A stretch of DNA of 54,301 nucleotides from an uncultured Chloroflexota bacterium (GCA_964609145.1 CAZSRI010000006.1:1-54301); one strand, 5' to 3'. Numbered from the stretch's first letter, positions 16,967 through 26,667 are shown. Made by a program: numbers and translations. Notes: generated by a model not told the origin, from the letters alone.

Positions 16967-18216
16967 GAACGAGCTACGCGACGGGCCTGCGCTGCCTGCG
17001 CTGCGGCGTCGAGTATCCGCTCGGCCCCTTCTACGAGGGCTGCGACGCCTGCGCGACGGACGACGTGCGGTCGGGGCTCACTCCGACGTACGACTACCGC
17101 GACCTCGCGGGCGCGCTATCGACGGGCGCGCTGCGGGAAGCCGGCCTGGGGATCTGGCGCTATCGCCGGCTTCTGCCGGTGGTCTCGCGCGGACACGAGG
17201 TCTCGCTCGGAGAAGGGAACACGCCTCTGATCCCGCTCCCCCGCATCGCCGCGGAGCTGGGGGTGCCGGAAGTGTGGCTCAAGGACGAGTCACGGAATCC
17301 GACGCTCTCGTTCAAGGATCGCCACGCCGCCGTCGCCTTGAGCAAGGCGCTCGATCTCGGCGCGAGCACCGTGATCGTCGCGAGCTCGGGGAACCACGGC
17401 CTCGCGGTCGCCGCCTACGCGGCGCGCGCCGGACTGGCGTGCGTGGTGCTCACCTACCCGGGCCTCGCCCTCGCCGCGTCGGTCATGATCCGGGCGTACG
17501 GCGCTCGGCTCGCGGTGAGCACTCGCGAGGGGCGCTGGGACATCATGCGCAGGGCCGTCCGGGAGCACGCGTGGTATCCGGCGAGCAACTTCACGGGCAT
17601 CCCCACGAACAGCGCATATGGGCACGAGGGCTACAAGACGATCGCGTTCGAGCTGCATGAGCAGCTCGGCGGCATTCCGGACGTGGTCGCGCTCCCCGTC
17701 GGCTACGGCGAGGGCCTGTACGGGATCTGGAAAGGCTTCGCCGAACTGGTCACGCTCGGCCGCGCCGGCGCCACGCCGCGGATCCTCGCGGCCGAGCCGG
17801 CCGCAGGACCGCTGGCCGCCGCGGTCGCGGCGGTGAAGGCCGGCGGGCCGCCGATCGCCCGCGTGGCTGCGCGCGCGACGGTCGCGCGCGGGATCGGCGC
17901 CACCGTGAACAGCTACATGTCCTTCGAAGGGCTTCGGTCCTCGAACGGCCTGGTCGCCTCGGTGGCCGACGACGAGATCCTCCGCGCGCAGCGCGACCTC
18001 GCCCGCGAGGGCATCTTCGCCGAGCCGGCGAGCGCCGCCGTTCTCGCGGGCGCTCGAGCCGCGGCGGCCCGAGGCGAGCTCACCCGCGGCCGCATCGTTC
18101 TCATCAACACCTCGAGCGGCCTGAAGAACTTCGAGTCCATCGGGGGCGCGTATCCCGCGCCGGTCGAGATCTCCGCGAGCGACCCGACGGCCCTGGAGAC
18201 GATCGCCGCGCCCTAG
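16963..18216 (+). CDS. Threonine synthase-like PLP-dependent enzyme
   Basis: N-terminal CxxC pairs, LGEGNTPL, NPTLSFKDR, ASSGNHG, EGYKT, EPASAA. Confidence 0.88.
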   Translation: MRTSYATGLRCLRCGVEYPLGPFYEGCDACATDDVRSGLTPTYDYRDLAGALSTGALREAGLGIWRYRRLLPVVSRGHEVSLGEGNTPLIPLPRIAAELGVPEVWLKDESRNPTLSFKDRHAAVALSKALDLGASTVIVASSGNHGLAVAAYAARAGLACVVLTYPGLALAASVMIRAYGARLAVSTREGRWDIMRRAVREHAWYPASNFTGIPTNSAYGHEGYKTIAFELHEQLGGIPDVVALPVGYGEGLYGIWKGFAELVTLGRAGATPRILAAEPAAGPLAAAVAAVKAGGPPIARVAARATVARGIGATVNSYMSFEGLRSSNGLVASVADDEILRAQRDLAREGIFAEPASAAVLAGARAAAARGELTRGRIVLINTSSGLKNFESIGGAYPAPVEISASDPTALETIAAP

Positions 18217-18221
18217 CAGGG

Positions 18222-19859
18222 TCAGAGCCGCGGCGACGTCCGCACGTACCAGTCCTCGACGTCCCAGAACCGGTCGGCGGCCTCGACGATCTGCGCGATC
18301 TTCAGCCCCTTCACCGACGCGTGCTGCGCGTACAGCCGGTCGGCGAAGTAGAGGTAGATCGCGGGTGTCTCGTTCGCGATCGTCTGGAACACCGGCGCGT
18401 ACAGCGCGCGCCGCTGCGCGCGGTCGCTCGCCTGGCGCCCGGCCTCGAGCGCGCGGTCGAGCGGGAGCGTCGAGTAGCCCGAGAAGTTGTACCCGGGGTC
18501 GGCGGCCTGGCTCGAGTGGTAGAAGGGGTACGGGTCGGGATCGAGCGTCCCATTGATGCCGATGAGGAGCAGGTCGAAGTCGCGAGGGCGCACGGCCGCG
18601 TCGATGAGGCGGTCGAACGGCATCGTCCGCACGTCGATGGCGATGCCGACCGCCGCGAGATCGGCCGCGACCTGCTTCGCGGCATCGACCCGCGCGGGCT
18701 CGTCCGACGTCGCGAGCGTGAGGCGGAGCGCCTTCCCGTCCTTGTCGCGGACCCCGTCGCCGTCGGTGTCGGTCCAGTTCGCGGCGCTCAGCGTCGCGCG
18801 GGCGTCGTCGAGCGAGCGCCGCGCCTTCGGGAGGTCGGCCGGGAACGCCCACGAGGATCGCGGCACGAACGAGTCGGCGACCTCGCCGCGGCCGTCGATG
18901 GCCGCGTCGAGCACCTTCCCACGATCGATCGCGAGCCCCATCGTCTGCCGCACGGCGCGGTCGAGGAGCACGCCGCGATCGGGCCGGACGTTGAGGAAGA
19001 GCGCCGTGACGTCGCTCGTCGGGTAGCTGTACACGGCGACGGTGGACACCGACCGCGCGCGCTCGGCGTCCGCGCTCGAGATCCCGGCGACGCCGTCGAG
19101 CTCGCCGCGAGCGAGCGCGCCGAGCGCGGCCGAGGCATCGGGGTACGTTCGGAGCACGATGCGGTCGAGGTAAGGCCGCGTGCGCTCCGGGCGCGTCCGG
19201 TAGAAGTCCTCGTTCGCCGTCAGCGTCACCTCGGACGCGGTCGCGGACGTCACCGCGAAGGGCCCCGTGCCGATCGGCTGTCGGTCGAACGAGTTCTCCG
19301 CGAGGCGCGCGTACGGGACGCCACCGAGGCGGTGCGCCGGGAGCAGCGGGAACGTCATGCTCGCCGCGAACGGGCCGTACGCGCCGGGGAGCGTGAAGCG
19401 CACGGTCCGCGGCCCGAGGCGCTCGACGCTGACACCGTGGAAGGCCTCGACGTACGGACCCTGGTACGCGGGATCCTGGAAGAGCGACACCGTGTAGAGG
19501 ACGTCGTCGGCGACGACCGGACGGTCGTCTTGCCAGCGCGCGTCCTCGCGGAGCTCGAACGTCCACACGCGCCCGTCCTGCGCCACGTCGACCTTCGCCG
19601 CGAGATCGGGGACGATCTCGCCCCTGCGATCGGTGCGCATGAGGCCGGAGAACGCGAGCGCGGCAACGTCGCGGTCGACGTCGGTCGACGCGATGATCGG
19701 GTCGAGGTGCTCGTAGGAGCCGACGACGCCCTCGATGTACGTCCCGCCCGTGGCGGGGACGGTCGGGGGGCGGCCCTGCTCCGCGACGATGGCCCCCGCG
19801 CTCGTCAGCACCACGATGCCGACGAGGGCGAGGATCGCGATCTTGCCGGCGGTGGTCAG
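18222..19859 (-). CDS. Peptide/nickel ABC substrate-binding protein (family 5); probable CTG start
   Basis: PDLAA, WTFELR..ARWQD, PIGTGPF, DTDGDGVRDKDG; N-terminal TM complete only from CTG 19859. Confidence 0.85.
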   Translation of the reverse strand: MTTAGKIAILALVGIVVLTSAGAIVAEQGRPPTVPATGGTYIEGVVGSYEHLDPIIASTDVDRDVAALAFSGLMRTDRRGEIVPDLAAKVDVAQDGRVWTFELREDARWQDDRPVVADDVLYTVSLFQDPAYQGPYVEAFHGVSVERLGPRTVRFTLPGAYGPFAASMTFPLLPAHRLGGVPYARLAENSFDRQPIGTGPFAVTSATASEVTLTANEDFYRTRPERTRPYLDRIVLRTYPDASAALGALARGELDGVAGISSADAERARSVSTVAVYSYPTSDVTALFLNVRPDRGVLLDRAVRQTMGLAIDRGKVLDAAIDGRGEVADSFVPRSSWAFPADLPKARRSLDDARATLSAANWTDTDGDGVRDKDGKALRLTLATSDEPARVDAAKQVAADLAAVGIAIDVRTMPFDRLIDAAVRPRDFDLLLIGINGTLDPDPYPFYHSSQAADPGYNFSGYSTLPLDRALEAGRQASDRAQRRALYAPVFQTIANETPAIYLYFADRLYAQHASVKGLKIAQIVEAADRFWDVEDWYVRTSPRL

Positions 19860-19890
19860 CTCAGGCTCCGGCGCTCAGCGCCGAGACCGG

Positions 19891-20109
19891 TCAGCTGCCG
19901 ACCTTGGCACCGACCAGCGAGATGGCGACGAAGACCACGATGAGGACGATCGTGAGCCGGAAGAGGATCCGCTCGATGCCGCGCCGGCTGCGGTACGCGG
20001 TCGACTCGCCGCCGAACGTCGACGACAGCCCGGTCCCGCGCGCCTGCAGCAGGATCGAGGCGCCGACGGAGATGGCAATGAGGACCTGCGCGACCTGGAG
20101 GATCTGCAC
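19891..20109 (-). CDS. secG: Preprotein translocase subunit SecG
   Basis: ILLQARGTGLSSTFGG...RRGIERIL with two TMs. Confidence 0.93.
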   Translation of the reverse strand: MQILQVAQVLIAISVGASILLQARGTGLSSTFGGESTAYRSRRGIERILFRLTIVLIVVFVAISLVGAKVGS

Positions 20110-20136
20110 GGGAGCGCCAGTGTATCCGAGCGCGCG

Positions 20137-21504
20137 TCATCGCGGCCGGTATACCCAGAGGCCTCCCTCGTGGCGCTCGAGCCGGTAGCGAGCGAGCACT
20201 GCGTTCGCGAGCTCCGCCGGCCAGCGCTCGCGCTCGACCTCGCTCGCGCGAGCGACGTCCTCGAGCGGAATGTCGGCGACGACGGCGGCGAAGCGGGCGT
20301 CGCGCACGCGAGGCGTGACGTCGTCCACGACCCGGCCGGCCGCGACGAGCCGCGCCCACTGATATGCGTCGTCGACGATCGGCTCTCGCCCAGCCGCGAG
20401 GAGCGGGCCGCTGTCCTCGGCCAGCACCGCGCCCGCGGGGAGCGTACGCACGGCGTCGACGCGCGCGCGGAGCGCGTCGACGCTCGGGGGTGCGAGCGGG
20501 CCCGCGACGGTGAGGGCCGTCGTCGCGATGAGCTGGCCCGTCATGACCGCGACGATCCGGCCGCCGCGTGACGCGAGCGGCGCGAGCGCGAGCGACGACG
20601 CCGCCGCCACGTCGAGCAGGTAGTTGAACGTCGCACCGGCGTGTCCCCCGAGCGCGACGACGGCGATCCCGCCGGCGAGGTAGGCGCGCATGCGTCCGTC
20701 GCCCGCGACCCACGCCGCCCACGCGAACGCGCCAAGGAGGAGCGCCGCGAGGCCGAGGAGCAGGACGGCGTGGCCGCCGTCGTAGGGAAGCGCGTTGTAC
20801 GTGACGACGTGGCGCCAGAGGCCGGCAGCATCGAAGCGCGCCAGCGCGACCGCGAGCGCCGCGAGTCCGGCCACGCCCAGCGCGATCGCGAAGCGCACCG
20901 CGACGCCGCGTTCGCGCCACGCGAGCCAGACGAGGACGGCGGCGAGCGGCACCGCGGCCGTCGGCTTCGCGGCGACGGCGAGCGCACCGAGGATGCCCGC
21001 GAGCGCGAGACGCCGCGGATCGGGCGACAGCGCCGCGATCGCGAGCGCGACGCCCGCGACGGCGAGCACGTCGGCGCGCGCGCTCGCGCCCCACGCGGCG
21101 ACCGGGGACAGCGCGAGGAACGACGCGCCGATCGCGACCGCGGCGACCGGGCGGGTGCGCGCGCGCCACCCGGCGACGAGCGCGACCGCGCAGAGAGCGA
21201 CGACGCCGACGACGCGCAGCAGCGTGAACGGTCCGAGCGAGGAGCCGAGCGCCGCGACCACGTACGCGAGCGGCGGGTAGTTCGCGCTCACGAATGTGCC
21301 CGGCGCCTCGGCCGCGTACGGGTCGCCGCCGCGCGCGAGGATCGCGGCGGCGTGCGCTACCGCGCCCTCGCCGTAGCCGGACGGCACCCCCGTGACGAGG
21401 AGCGCGAGCCATCGCGCGAGCGAGATCGCCGCGGCGATCACGGCGACGACAGCGAGGATCGTCCAGCCGATCGACGCCGAGGAGGCGCGAGGGACCGCGT
21501 TCAC
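20137..21504 (-). CDS. Multi-TM GT-C-like (GT87/ArnT-like) membrane protein, paralog 2
   Basis: YGEGAVAHAA, ANYPPL, RAD, AKPT, ATFNYLLD; GTGA overlap. Confidence 0.7.
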   Translation of the reverse strand: MNAVPRASSASIGWTILAVVAVIAAAISLARWLALLVTGVPSGYGEGAVAHAAAILARGGDPYAAEAPGTFVSANYPPLAYVVAALGSSLGPFTLLRVVGVVALCAVALVAGWRARTRPVAAVAIGASFLALSPVAAWGASARADVLAVAGVALAIAALSPDPRRLALAGILGALAVAAKPTAAVPLAAVLVWLAWRERGVAVRFAIALGVAGLAALAVALARFDAAGLWRHVVTYNALPYDGGHAVLLLGLAALLLGAFAWAAWVAGDGRMRAYLAGGIAVVALGGHAGATFNYLLDVAAASSLALAPLASRGGRIVAVMTGQLIATTALTVAGPLAPPSVDALRARVDAVRTLPAGAVLAEDSGPLLAAGREPIVDDAYQWARLVAAGRVVDDVTPRVRDARFAAVVADIPLEDVARASEVERERWPAELANAVLARYRLERHEGGLWVYRPR

Positions 21505-22913
21505 GGCCGCGGAAGGTAGACCCACAGCCCGCTCGTCGTCCGGTCGAGGCGGTAGCCGCCGAGCACCGCGCGGACGAGATCCGGATGCCATCGCGCGCGC
21601 TCGAACGCGGGCGCGTCGTCGAGACGCTCGAGGTCCGCATCGCTCACGACCGACGTGAAGACGCGCTGCTCGACGGCCCCGATCACGCGTTCGCCCTCGA
21701 GGAACGAGAGGTCCTGCGCTCGCTCGCGCTCGCGCAGCCGCGACCAGAGGAACACGTCGTCGACCAGGGGCTCGCGTCCGGTCGCGACGAGGAGCCCGGC
21801 GTCCTCGACGAGCGCGGGCCCCGCGGGGATCGACCGCGCGGCGGCGATCCGGGCAGGATCGCTCCATTCGCCCGGGCTTCGCCCCGGCACGACCCCGAAC
21901 GGGTCGAGCGCGACCGCGCCGAGCACGAGCTGCGCCGTCGCCGCGAGCGGGTAGAGCGCGCCGGGGCGGAGCGCCGGCACGGCCGACGCCACGGCGAGCG
22001 CGCTGGCCGCGGAGAGGTCGAGCAGGTAGTTGATCGTCGCGCCGTCTCGGCCGCCGATGGCGGCGATGCCGAGCGCGCCGACGACGTACGCCGCGATCGG
22101 TCCGGTCGGACGGGCGCGCACCGCCATGGCGATCGGCACGAAAAGCGTCGCGATCCCCACGACGACCAGGAGCGCGGTCTGCTGCGCGCTCCACGGCAGC
22201 TGGTTCCACGACAGGACGTGGACCCCGAACGCGCCCGTGCCGGACCGGAACGTGTCGGCCACCGTGAGCGCGGCGAGGACGACGCCGAGCGTCGCGGCGT
22301 AGTTCATCGCGGCACGGCCGCTCGACCGCAGGTACCAGCCGCCGAGCGCGGCTGCCGGGAGGAGCGCCGTCGGCTTCGCCCACACGGCGAGCGCGAGGAG
22401 CGCGGCGCCGAGGAGGATCCGCCGCGGCGACACGCCGGCGACGAGGACTCCCGCGACGGTCAGCGCGAGCGCGACGAGGTCCGGCTTCACGGCAGCGCCC
22501 CACGCGATCACCGGCGCGGCCGCGAGCCATCCCGCGGCGAGCGCGAACGCGACGAGACGTCCCGCCGCACGAGCGCGCCACGCGATCGCGGACATCACGA
22601 AGAGCGTGGCGAGGATGCTCGCGATCCGCCCGGCGACGAACGGGTCGCCGAGAGCGGCGAGATGGAAATAGAGCGGCGGGTAGTTCGCCGCGGTGAAGAG
22701 GGGGCGCGACGCGAGCGGCGTCCCATCGACGAGCGTCGCTCGCGACGTGTACTCGAGTCCGTACCGCGTGAGCATCGCGGCATGCGCCACCGCGCCCTCG
22801 CCGTAGAGCACCGGGCCGTCGAGCGACACCGCCCAGATCCACCGCGCGATGGCGAGCGCGGAGAGGAGGCCCGCGACGGCCACGAGCGGGATCCACGCGC
22901 GGCTCGTCCTCAC
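21501..22913 (-). CDS. Multi-TM GT-C-like membrane protein, paralog 1
   Basis: YGEGAVAHAA, ANYPPL, KPD, AKPT, ATINYLLD; GTGA overlap with gpmI. Confidence 0.7.
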   Translation of the reverse strand: MRTSRAWIPLVAVAGLLSALAIARWIWAVSLDGPVLYGEGAVAHAAMLTRYGLEYTSRATLVDGTPLASRPLFTAANYPPLYFHLAALGDPFVAGRIASILATLFVMSAIAWRARAAGRLVAFALAAGWLAAAPVIAWGAAVKPDLVALALTVAGVLVAGVSPRRILLGAALLALAVWAKPTALLPAAALGGWYLRSSGRAAMNYAATLGVVLAALTVADTFRSGTGAFGVHVLSWNQLPWSAQQTALLVVVGIATLFVPIAMAVRARPTGPIAAYVVGALGIAAIGGRDGATINYLLDLSAASALAVASAVPALRPGALYPLAATAQLVLGAVALDPFGVVPGRSPGEWSDPARIAAARSIPAGPALVEDAGLLVATGREPLVDDVFLWSRLRERERAQDLSFLEGERVIGAVEQRVFTSVVSDADLERLDDAPAFERARWHPDLVRAVLGGYRLDRTTSGLWVYLPRP

Positions 22914-24412
22914 GCCGGCGCCCGCAGGTCCCTCCCGGTCATGCGGTCCGGCACGGGGACGTCGAGGAGACCGAGGAGCGTCGGCGCGACGTCGCGCAGC
23001 TCGCCGCCGCGCAGGCGCCATCGCCCCGCGCCGTCGCCGACGAGGACGACGGGGACCGCGTTCGTCGAGTGCTGCGTGTTCGCGCCGCCGTCGGGGAACA
23101 GCATCTCCTCCGCGTTCCCGTGGTCGGCGGTGAGGAGCATGCAGCCGCCCGCGGCGAGCGTCGCGTCGACGACGGCGCCGACCGCCGCGTCGGTCGCCTC
23201 CATCGCGCGCACCGCCGCGGGGATCAGGCCGGTGTGGCCGACCATATCGGGGTTCGCGAAGTTCACGACGACGAGGTCGTACTCCCGCGAGCGGATCGCC
23301 CTCGTCGCCGCCGCCGCGACGTCGGGCGCGCTCATCTCGGGCCGGAGGTCGTACGTCGCGACCCTCGCGGACGGCACGAGGACGCGATCCTCGCCGGGGT
23401 ACGGCTCCTCGCGCCCGCCGTTGAAGAAATACGTCACGTGCGCGTACTTCTCCGTCTCCGCGACGTGGAGCTGGCGCAGGCCGCGCTCCGCGAGCACGGC
23501 CGCGAGCGGCGTGACCTCCTGCTTCGGGAAGGCGATGAGGACGTCCGGGAGGTCCAGCTTGAAGTCGGTCATCGTCACGTACGCCGACAGCCGTGGCCGT
23601 CGCGCGGGGACGAACCCGTCGAAGCCCGGCTGCATGAACGCCAGCGTGAGCTGGCGCGCGCGGTCGGGGCGAAAGTCGAAGAACACGACCGCGTCGGCGT
23701 CGCGCACCGGCGCGCCCTCGCCGACGACAGCGGGCTCGAGCAGCTCGTCGCGGCAGTCGTCGCGCGCGTAACACGCGCGCACGGCTTCCTCGGCCGTGGC
23801 GACGCGCGGGCCGTCGGCGTCGACGATCGCGCGCCACGATCGCTCGGTGCGGTCCCACCGCTTGTCGCGGTCCATCGCCCAGTACCGCCCGTGGATCGTC
23901 GCGATGCGCGGCCCGACGCGCGGGAGCAGCTCGATCGCGCTGCGCGGCGGCATGTCGCGCCCGTCGAGGAAGCAGTGGTACGCGACATTCGCGACGCCCT
24001 CGCGGCGCGCGAGCTCCGCGAGCGCGTTCAGGTGCGAGAGGTCGGCGTGCACGCCGCCCGTCGAGAGCAGCCCGAGCAGATGGAGCCTGCCCGTCGTCCC
24101 GACCGCGCGGCACGCGCGCACGAGCGCCTCGTTCCGATAGAACGAGCCGTCCGCGATCGCGTCGTTGATGCGGACGAGCTCCTGGTACTGGACGTACCCC
24201 GCGCCCATCGTGAGATGGCCGACCTCGCTGTTGCCCATGACGCCGTCGGGCAACCCGACGGCGCGGCCGCTCGCCTCGAGGCGCGCGTGCGGGTACGTCG
24301 CGAAGAGCGCGTCGATCCGCGGGGTCGTCGCGAGGGTCACCGCGTTGCTGGGGCCGGATGGCGCGATCCCCCACCCGTCAAGCACGCAAAGCACCACCGG
24401 TCTGTAACGCAC
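22910..24412 (-). CDS. gpmI: 2,3-bisphosphoglycerate-independent phosphoglycerate mutase
   Basis: LDGWG, MGNSEVGH, GRYWAMDRDKRW, AETEKYAHVT, NPDMVGHTG, TADHGNAE. Confidence 0.96.
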   Translation of the reverse strand: MRYRPVVLCVLDGWGIAPSGPSNAVTLATTPRIDALFATYPHARLEASGRAVGLPDGVMGNSEVGHLTMGAGYVQYQELVRINDAIADGSFYRNEALVRACRAVGTTGRLHLLGLLSTGGVHADLSHLNALAELARREGVANVAYHCFLDGRDMPPRSAIELLPRVGPRIATIHGRYWAMDRDKRWDRTERSWRAIVDADGPRVATAEEAVRACYARDDCRDELLEPAVVGEGAPVRDADAVVFFDFRPDRARQLTLAFMQPGFDGFVPARRPRLSAYVTMTDFKLDLPDVLIAFPKQEVTPLAAVLAERGLRQLHVAETEKYAHVTYFFNGGREEPYPGEDRVLVPSARVATYDLRPEMSAPDVAAAATRAIRSREYDLVVVNFANPDMVGHTGLIPAAVRAMEATDAAVGAVVDATLAAGGCMLLTADHGNAEEMLFPDGGANTQHSTNAVPVVLVGDGAGRWRLRGGELRDVAPTLLGLLDVPVPDRMTGRDLRAPA

Positions 24413-24416
24413 TACC

Positions 24417-24487
24417 GTCCCCCGGGCGCGCGGACCGAGGCGCTGAGGCGAATGCCGAAGGGACGAGGTCGAGCACCCGGGCCCGAG
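24417..24487 (+). repeat. 71-bp structured intergenic repeat, copy A
   Basis: 65/71 identical to the reverse complement of 26209-26279. Confidence 0.9.
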
Positions 24488-24497
24488 CGAGGATCCA

Positions 24498-25262
24498 TCA
24501 CGAGCGAGGGTCGGACGCGAAGGCGGCCACGATCGCGGCGAACTCCTCCGCCTTGAGCGACGCGCCGCCGACGAGCGCGCCGTCGACGCCATCGGCCGCC
24601 GCGCATTCCGCGCGATTCGCGGCGCTCACGCTGCCGCCGTACATGACGGTCGTCGCGTCGCCGTCGATCCCGAGGCGCGTGAGCTCCATCCGGACGGTCG
24701 CGATCGCCGCCGATGCCTGCGCGGGGGTCGCGACGACCCCGGTGCCGATCGCCCAGATCGGCTCGTACGCGATCGCGAAGTGGTCGAGAACGAGAGCCTC
24801 GCGCGCGATCGCGCCGATCCCCTCGCGGACCTGCGTAGCGATCACCTCGGAGGTGCGACCCGCCCGACGCTGGTCGAGCGACTCGCCGAGGCAGTAGATG
24901 ACGCGCAGCCCGCGACGCAGCTCCGCGGTCGCCTTGCGCGCGACGCGCGCGTCGGTGTCGCCCTGATCGCGGCGGACCTCGGAGTGGCCGACGATCGACC
25001 CCGCTCCGAGCTCCGCCACCATGGCCGCCGAGATCTGCCCGGTATACGCGCCCGCCTCCTCCCAGTGGACGTCCTGCGCGTAGATCCGCACGTCGGACCC
25101 GCGGAGGGCGCCGGCGACGGCGGGCAGGAGGATCGAGGGTGGCGCGACGCCGACGCTCGCGCGACCAGGTCGGATCGCCATCACGGCGCGGGCGAGCGCG
25201 CTCGCCTCGCCGGGGGTCGCGGGGTTCATCTTCCAGTTCCCGACCACGAGCTTCGGTCTCAT
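24498..25262 (-). CDS. tpiA: Triosephosphate isomerase
   Basis: GNWKMN, GAYTG, GHSE, AYEPIWAIGTG, YGGSV, LVGGASL. Confidence 0.96.
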   Translation of the reverse strand: MRPKLVVGNWKMNPATPGEASALARAVMAIRPGRASVGVAPPSILLPAVAGALRGSDVRIYAQDVHWEEAGAYTGQISAAMVAELGAGSIVGHSEVRRDQGDTDARVARKATAELRRGLRVIYCLGESLDQRRAGRTSEVIATQVREGIGAIAREALVLDHFAIAYEPIWAIGTGVVATPAQASAAIATVRMELTRLGIDGDATTVMYGGSVSAANRAECAAADGVDGALVGGASLKAEEFAAIVAAFASDPRS

Positions 25263-25308
25263 CGCCGGCTCCAAGCAGCGTCATCCGCCCGAGCACTCCG
25301 CAACAGCC

Positions 25309-26175
25309 TCACGTGCGCGGCTCCGGCTTGTCACGGTCGCGGTGCTCGACGGTGATCTCGCCCGGCCAGAACCCGCGCACGCGCTCCGCCAGTTCGTCGG
25401 CGACAGCGACGGAGCGGTGGCGGCCGCCGGTGCACCCGAAGGCGACCTGAAGGTGCGCCTTCTTCTCCATCTCGTACCGCGGCATGACCGCGCGGAGGAA
25501 CGACTCGACGTGCGCGAGGAACTCCTTCGTCGCGGGGTCGCCGAGCACGAAGGCGCGCACCGGCTCGTCCGTCCCGCTGAGCGGCCGCAGCTCGTCGATG
25601 TAGAAGGGGTTGTCCATGTAGCGGACGTCGAAGACGAGGTCGGCGCCCGGCGGGAGGCCGTACTTGTACCCGAAGCTCGTGACCTGCACGAGCATGCCGC
25701 TCGAGCCCTCGCCGTAGAGCGAGTGGAGCGTGTCGCGCAGGTCCTTCACCGACAGGTGCGTCGTGTCGATGACCCTGTCGGCGCGCGCGCGCAGCGCGAC
25801 GAGCTGGCGGCGTTCCTCGTCGATCGACGGCTGCACGCCGCCGGCGACGTCGAGCGGATGCCGGTGTCGCGTCTCGCTGTAGCGGCGGACGAGCACCTCG
25901 TCGCTGGCGTCGAAATACAGGAGATGCGGGCGCCGCCCCTCGTCCTCGAGGCGTTGCAGGACGCGGACCGCGTCCTGGAAGAGCGGCCCGCTGCGGACGT
26001 CGATGACGAAAGCGACGTTCTCGTAGCCGGCTTCGCGCGTGACGCGGAGCGCGTCCGGGATGAGCGCCGGCGGAAGGTTGTCGAGGATGTAGTAGCCGAG
26101 GTCCTCGAGGACCTTCACGGCGACGGACTTCCCCGCGCCGGACAGGCCCGTCATCACGATGAACGGCTGCCGCAA
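25309..26175 (-). CDS. rapZ: RNase adapter RapZ/YvcJ
   Basis: GLSGAGKS, LEDLGY..DNLP, RRYSETR.RHP, SFGYKYG, FGCTGGRHRSV. Confidence 0.95.
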   Translation of the reverse strand: MRQPFIVMTGLSGAGKSVAVKVLEDLGYYILDNLPPALIPDALRVTREAGYENVAFVIDVRSGPLFQDAVRVLQRLEDEGRRPHLLYFDASDEVLVRRYSETRHRHPLDVAGGVQPSIDEERRQLVALRARADRVIDTTHLSVKDLRDTLHSLYGEGSSGMLVQVTSFGYKYGLPPGADLVFDVRYMDNPFYIDELRPLSGTDEPVRAFVLGDPATKEFLAHVESFLRAVMPRYEMEKKAHLQVAFGCTGGRHRSVAVADELAERVRGFWPGEITVEHRDRDKPEPRT

Positions 26176-26208
26176 CCTACTCCGACCCTCCGTCGGGCAA
26201 AGCGCTTC

Positions 26209-26279
26209 CTCGGGCCCAGGTGCTCGACCTCGTCCCTTCGGCGTTCGCCTCAGCGCCTCGGCCTGCGCTCCTGGGGGAC
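26209..26279 (-). repeat. 71-bp structured intergenic repeat, copy B (inverted)
   Basis: Reverse-complement match to 24417-24487 with 6 mismatches. Confidence 0.9.
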
Positions 26280-26281
26280 CA

Positions 26282-26653
26282 CTAGCCCGGGACGAGTCTA
26301 TTCAGGAAGAAGCTCACGACGCCGACGATGATCGCGCCGACGATCGCCGAGAAGAAGCCGTCGACGTGGAATCCGACGGGCAGCCACGACAGGACGATGA
26401 GCATGAACCCGTTCACGACGAGGATGAATACGCCGAGCGTCATGCACGTGATCGGCAGCGACAGCACCACGAGGATCGGCCGCACGATCGCGTTCAGGAT
26501 CCCGAGGAGGATCGCGGCGATCGCGAGCGCGAGCAGGTAGTTCGTCTGGGCGTCGCCGGTGTACGACGGCGGCGTGAAGTAGATGCCCGGGATGAGGTAG
26601 TCCGCGATCCCGAGCGAGGCCGCGCCGACGACGACCCGGACGACGAACCCCAC
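26282..26653 (-). CDS. YvlD / phage holin family 4 membrane protein
   Basis: LGILNAIVRPIL..LSLPIT..TLG.F..VVNG. Confidence 0.88.
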   Translation of the reverse strand: MGFVVRVVVGAASLGIADYLIPGIYFTPPSYTGDAQTNYLLALAIAAILLGILNAIVRPILVVLSLPITCMTLGVFILVVNGFMLIVLSWLPVGFHVDGFFSAIVGAIIVGVVSFFLNRLVPG

Positions 26654-26667
26654 GGCCGGGATCGTAC

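Noticed and set aside
24440-24465. Hammerhead ribozyme resemblance (CTGA...GAA) in the 71-bp repeat
   Set aside because: Lacks the CUGANGA and GAAA core and a stem III with UH cleavage site
26282-26653. Holin-family gene as prophage evidence
   Set aside because: YvlD-type proteins are common chromosomal genes; no phage genes nearby
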